Below, piece after piece: positions 58,839 through 64,000 of a DNA stretch of 64,000 nucleotides (position 1 is its first letter; the number at the start of each line of letters is the position of its first letter). Location of the stretch: positions 142,228,001 through 142,292,000 of the forward strand of contig OZ024740.1 in NCBI GenBank assembly GCA_964016885.1, read 5' to 3'. The stretch is from Eledone cirrhosa. Its lineage: Eukaryota. The notes beneath the pieces were generated by a model. That model worked only from the letters and a program-made list of their open reading frames with translations, did no database searches and was not told where the DNA came from. Position numbers and translations under genes: made by a program.

Positions 58839-61570
58839 ATTATGATCAATCAACCCTCTGAAACCCTCTGAAACTATCGTAAAACAATGAACTAATTAAG
58901 AACCTATCTTCAGCTATTTTCATTGTTCTACACACACATATATAGAAATGATTCTGTAGCTTGATGAGAATCTTCGATGGAACTTTATGCGATGGCAGTC
59001 TGCTACAAAAATTATAGCTCTCACTGCATGACCGCGTTGAAATTATCTCTTCTAGACTGCATTGAGTTCTAACAACGTTATTGGCCCCACCATAAACAGG
59101 TGAATACCAGTATAATACGCAGGATGTAACTATGGCTAGTTAATCTATCCAATATTTCCATCTTATGTCATAGATTTTATAATGTAATTTTAGGAAAATT
59201 TGACTGTTATTTCTAAGAACTCCATAGATCACGCAGAGGATCCATCGTTGGCTTCTATATAATGCAGAATGTTTCACGGTTATACGGGTCATAGTGTTTG
59301 TTGTCTTTGCTTAATTTGATTCTCCCTTCTGAAAACTTTGCACTATCAACCTTTTCGTCGTTATATTTCTAATGAAAGACGCTGCCTGAGATTTTCAAAT
59401 AATTTTGAAAATATTCAAATATTTTGGAGGCATTTAGAAATACAATTAACATTCTTGTTATTTAGCTGATCTTTGGAGCATAACTTAAAAAGATTCTTAT
59501 ATAAAATTACGATGGAGCTTTTAAATAAATATAAACACTTTAAAATAAACAGTTTTATATCATAGAATTGTGAGCGGTTTCTAGTTGTTTGGTATCGAAA
59601 GGATTACACATCTAAAACAATCAACATAGAATTCAACCATAATTGTGAGAGAATGTACGTAAACAGACACATTGAATATATAAACAGTTCATATTTTAGG
59701 AATGTTCTCGTAGATTCAGAAAATAAGGAACAGCCTGACCTGAGCGTTGATCCTGGTTAGAATCTCATCAAAAATGTCTACATGATTAATCATTTTCATC
59801 TAGTTATTGAAATCAAAATTAAGGTCATATTATTATCGCTTTTATAGTAGCTCATATTATTCACAAAGCCGTGTTCAAAATATTTTACACGCCACTCATT
59901 GAGTTTCATCGTGAAATTCTCGAGATGCACCTCGGCTCAAGGACACAATGCCCCATTCGATCCAGGAATCGAAAGCATGACATTATGATCGCGAGACCAA
60001 CAACTTAACCACTAGGTCACGTGCCTTCACAATGCATCTACCTACTCCCAAATGATTCCATAAAACTCGCTGATTTGCTTGAGTCAAAAACTCTCAACAT
60101 TCAACTATGTCGTGTAAGTTTGTATTTTACTGTAACTAAAACCAATCTCTGCTGGTGTTGCTGCTGTTACTGCTGTTACTGCTGCTTCTGCTGGTGTAGA
60201 TGTTATTCCTATTGTTTATTATTCTTAATGATATTATTACTGGTGAGACATCAGGTTTCTTTGCCCTCTCATTTTTTTTTATTATTCGTTGCCTTTTCTT
60301 CTATTCTTTTGGTAGTTGTCATAATGCATTTAGCATGCCGCATTTATATAACATCCGGAATGGTTGCTAATGATTTCGCAATATCAATATTGCAAATGTT
60401 TGATTGAAAACCTCATGAAATATGTATTTTCTTAATCGTATGGGAAACTTATGGCCAGATGTGATTTTCTTGTTATTTTATCTTTATGTGATGACAGTAT
60501 CTGTATCTTCCAAAAGCACATGTCTGGAACTTAAATGCTAAATCTCTTTCAACATTGGCAATGGATAATTAACTCATAGAGTTCGATATATTTTTAACGA
60601 CTTATCCTATGATTGATGCTATATTTAAAACAAGAAATGCTAGTGCAACGAATTGGCAGAGTCGCTAGAGTTTCAGATTAAATGCGTCGTTGTGTTTGTT
60701 TAAGCTCTCTTCGTCCCGAGTTCAATTTTGTGATTAACAAAATGAAGTACCACCAGTCCAGGGCAGGGAGTTAGAGGAATAGTCAGAACGCCGGAGGTGA
60801 TGCCTTGCGATATCTTTTTCGGTCATTTACATTTTGTGTAGGCGGCCTACGACATCACGTATGTCAAGCTCTATTGGCCTTTAATTTTCCCCCGGACAAC
60901 ATCGATAGCGTGGAGATAGGACACTTGCATGTGTTTGTGTGTGTTGGTCTTCCAGAAAAACAACCTTGCCCAAACTTACTGTTTGGAGAGAAACTCATGA
61001 AAGATACACTAGTACATTTAACAAATAATTACTATTTCCTTATGCGAAAAATATTATTGCCAGGTGAAAATTGCAAATCTCACTCGCAATAACATTTTCC
61101 AAACATACACGTTTATTTAGTTTTAGTTGTCCTTCCTCACATCACTGGTTGAAACAACGGCTCTTACCACCCGCGCCTATGCAGGTTTAACAGGTTTCTC
61201 GTGTCTTTTAATTATCAGAGTCCCTAGTCCTATTATGAAAGGCAATGTGAAATAAAGCGTCTTGCTCACAAACACAACACACCACCTGATGCATCTATCG
61301 ACATCATATACCCAACACCTTAGCCATTATGTCACGCTCCCTCACTGACTAAGCTATAAGCAACATATATGTCAGTCGGTTAAAATTAATTTGTCATTTC
61401 CAGATACCAAGAAATGGGTAGATGTTTTATATAACATAATTCCATATTATTGATGTAGTAAACGCATCCAATGTTGTTGTGTAGAAGTTCCAAGGTGATT
61501 TAGCAATTTTAAAAGCTTACTTGCATATTCACAGAAACATGCATATGTACACACACACACACATACACAC

Positions 61571-61651
<81 letters not shown>

Positions 61652-62557
61652 ACATAATATATACATAACATAAAGGTTTGTAATTAAGATAAAAGAAAAA
61701 ATAGGCAAAGGAAGATATATGGGCTGACAAATAATTATGAATTAAATCAGAATAAAAATACATTTAAAAAGAGATAAAAGCGGAAAACGAACAGAAAAGG
61801 TAAGCCAAAGATTTATTGTTAAACGTCAAGTGAAAGACCTTATGAGTACAGAAATAGAAAAATTTAATTTACGTAAAGCCGAGAAGATCCCCACATTTGA
61901 AAAAAAAAAAAAACTCGACAATTCTACAATTTATCTATATTCAAGGTGTGAACGTACAAATATCGACACTTCGATAAATATCTATTGAAACACTGGAATC
62001 TAATACTAACAATGGACTGAACAGCCTCTTAAGTTAACAGCCAACAACACTATGCGACTTTAAATTAGTTCTATTCATGAACCACTCATATGCATTGCAT
62101 TCATCAAAAAACGAAGATATGCGCATGATTCTACATACATATAATTTATAGGTCGATATACTGAACACGCTTCATATTTACTGCTTCATTGAACTCGTTT
62201 GAAGAATTCTTCGTTCTCTTTCGCTTTTTAAATTTCTTATTTTAAATCACATTTATTTCCTATATTCTTTTCCTTTTCTCCTTTTTCTTATTTTTCTTAT
62301 TCGTTCTTTTTTACTATATTTTTCTTGTTTCTTTCATTATCCTCTGAGACATTGCTGTTTTTTTGTATATTTCTTTATTTGATTTCTACAACCTTTACAT
62401 GGATAGAACTCATACCTAAATATCAGAAGTTACGTTCCATTAGCCGCTGTCTTCGGAAATACTAGCATTGTTGGTCAAGCCATTGCTTCACAATTACATC
62501 ATTATATCATTAATCAATTAATTGGCTGTATGAAACAATGTTTTATTCTATGATAAG

Positions 62558-62608
<51 letters not shown>

Positions 62609-62716
62609 AGGTTAATACATACCCTATAGTAAGCAGCTGACGAGGTGAGTATTGTTTTTTGTGTTGCTGGGTCGTTTATTTTTACCTTGTAGAGCAGCAA
62701 TTTTTTAGCTACCTGT

Positions 62717-62747
<31 letters not shown>

Positions 62748-62858
62748 GCTAAAAAATTGCTGCTGTATGTGTGTGTGTCAGTGTGAGAGAGCAATAGAGT
62801 GTAAATATATATATATATATACATTAACACTCTATCGCTCTCTCACACTGACACACAT

Positions 62859-62952
<94 letters not shown>

Positions 62953-63282
62953 TTAGTGAGTATGTGATGAGATACAGATTGTGATAGTGTTGGTGGGATC
63001 AGCATTAGTAGTGCTTTTTAATCTGGTAAATAGAATTATAGTTGTGATTGTGTAAATAGAACCCAGAGGTGAAGAAGGAACTGCACTCATTGCAAACCTG
63101 TAAATCGTGTGATTACACAGAATTACATATATCGAAAGGAGAGTGCGAATTTGAGATTGAGAGAATATATGAATGAGAGATTAAGTGAAGAAAAGAGGCA
63201 GTGTAAATCCATTTTCAAGAGAAATGCATGAATTTACATAACTAAGACACATAAGGCGTGTTGAGCAAGAGAGAGGGGAATG

Positions 63283-63356
<74 letters not shown>

Positions 63357-64000
63357 AGAGAGAGAGAATAAGAGAGAAAGAGAGGGAGAGAGAGAGGATG
63401 GGGAGACAGAGAGGGCTTTTGGGAGGTTGGGGTTGTAGTTTGTGGTTAGGGCCCATAGTTATTTCACTGAATTACGAGGACCAATTTGAAATTAGATTTA
63501 CGAGTATCAACAACAACAAAAACAGAGATAATGTATTGATGGTGGTGGTGGTGGTGGTGGTGGTGGTGGTGGTTTTGTTGGTGGTGATGGTGGTGGTGAT
63601 GGTGGTGGTGGGTTTGGTGGTGGTGCTAGTGGTTGCGGTAGTGGTGGTGGCGGCGGCGGCGGCAGTGATGGTAGCTCTAGTGTTGATAATATTGGGGAGA
63701 GGTGAAAGTAGAAGCGATTGTGATCGATATGTGATGATAGATATGGGAATCTTTATTCTTGTTTAGCCCCGACAAGCTAGGGTGAAATGATTCCAGCTGT
63801 GACCATGCATTCTTATCTTTTTTCCAGGCATAATATAACCGGGTCTACATTATGTATCCTTCCATTCTTCTAAGACAGTTCGGTGTGAATTAAGTGAGGT
63901 TTTGCTGCTATTTATAACAAGTCAAACTACGACATAGAAGCTCTTTCGTTAGCAGACATAGTGGTATGTATTGATAGCACAGTATTTGTAATTCTAGATA

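Noticed and set aside
62638-62692. CTGACGA followed by a possible stem II, within (TA)n flanks
   Set aside because: No GAAA/NUH half could be found.

Overview
AT-rich, microsatellite-dense animal DNA, probably octopus/cephalopod (inferred from the SINE-like repeats and repeat style, not proven). There are no prokaryotic genes and no CRISPR array. Almost all long ORFs in the track are translations of simple repeats. The real content is transposon-derived: several Penelope-like retroelements (PLEs; RT plus C-terminal GIY-YIG) with inverted arms, a Tx1/L1-type LINE, CRE-, R4- and RTE-type LINE fragments, a hAT element with a perfect 8-bp TSD, two Helitrons, mariner-type MITEs, SINEs, a 5.6-kb 18-bp minisatellite and a 40-bp tandem array. 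The main hidden signal is RNA structure: about a dozen type I hammerhead ribozyme (HHR) motifs from roughly seven sequence families, nearly all in short elements bounded by (TA)n. A separate family consists of palindromic 'half-hammerheads' that fold back at HHR stem II. One plausible host coding exon (183 nt, minus strand) was also seen. All calls were made by eye, and element boundaries are approximate unless TIR/TSD are stated.
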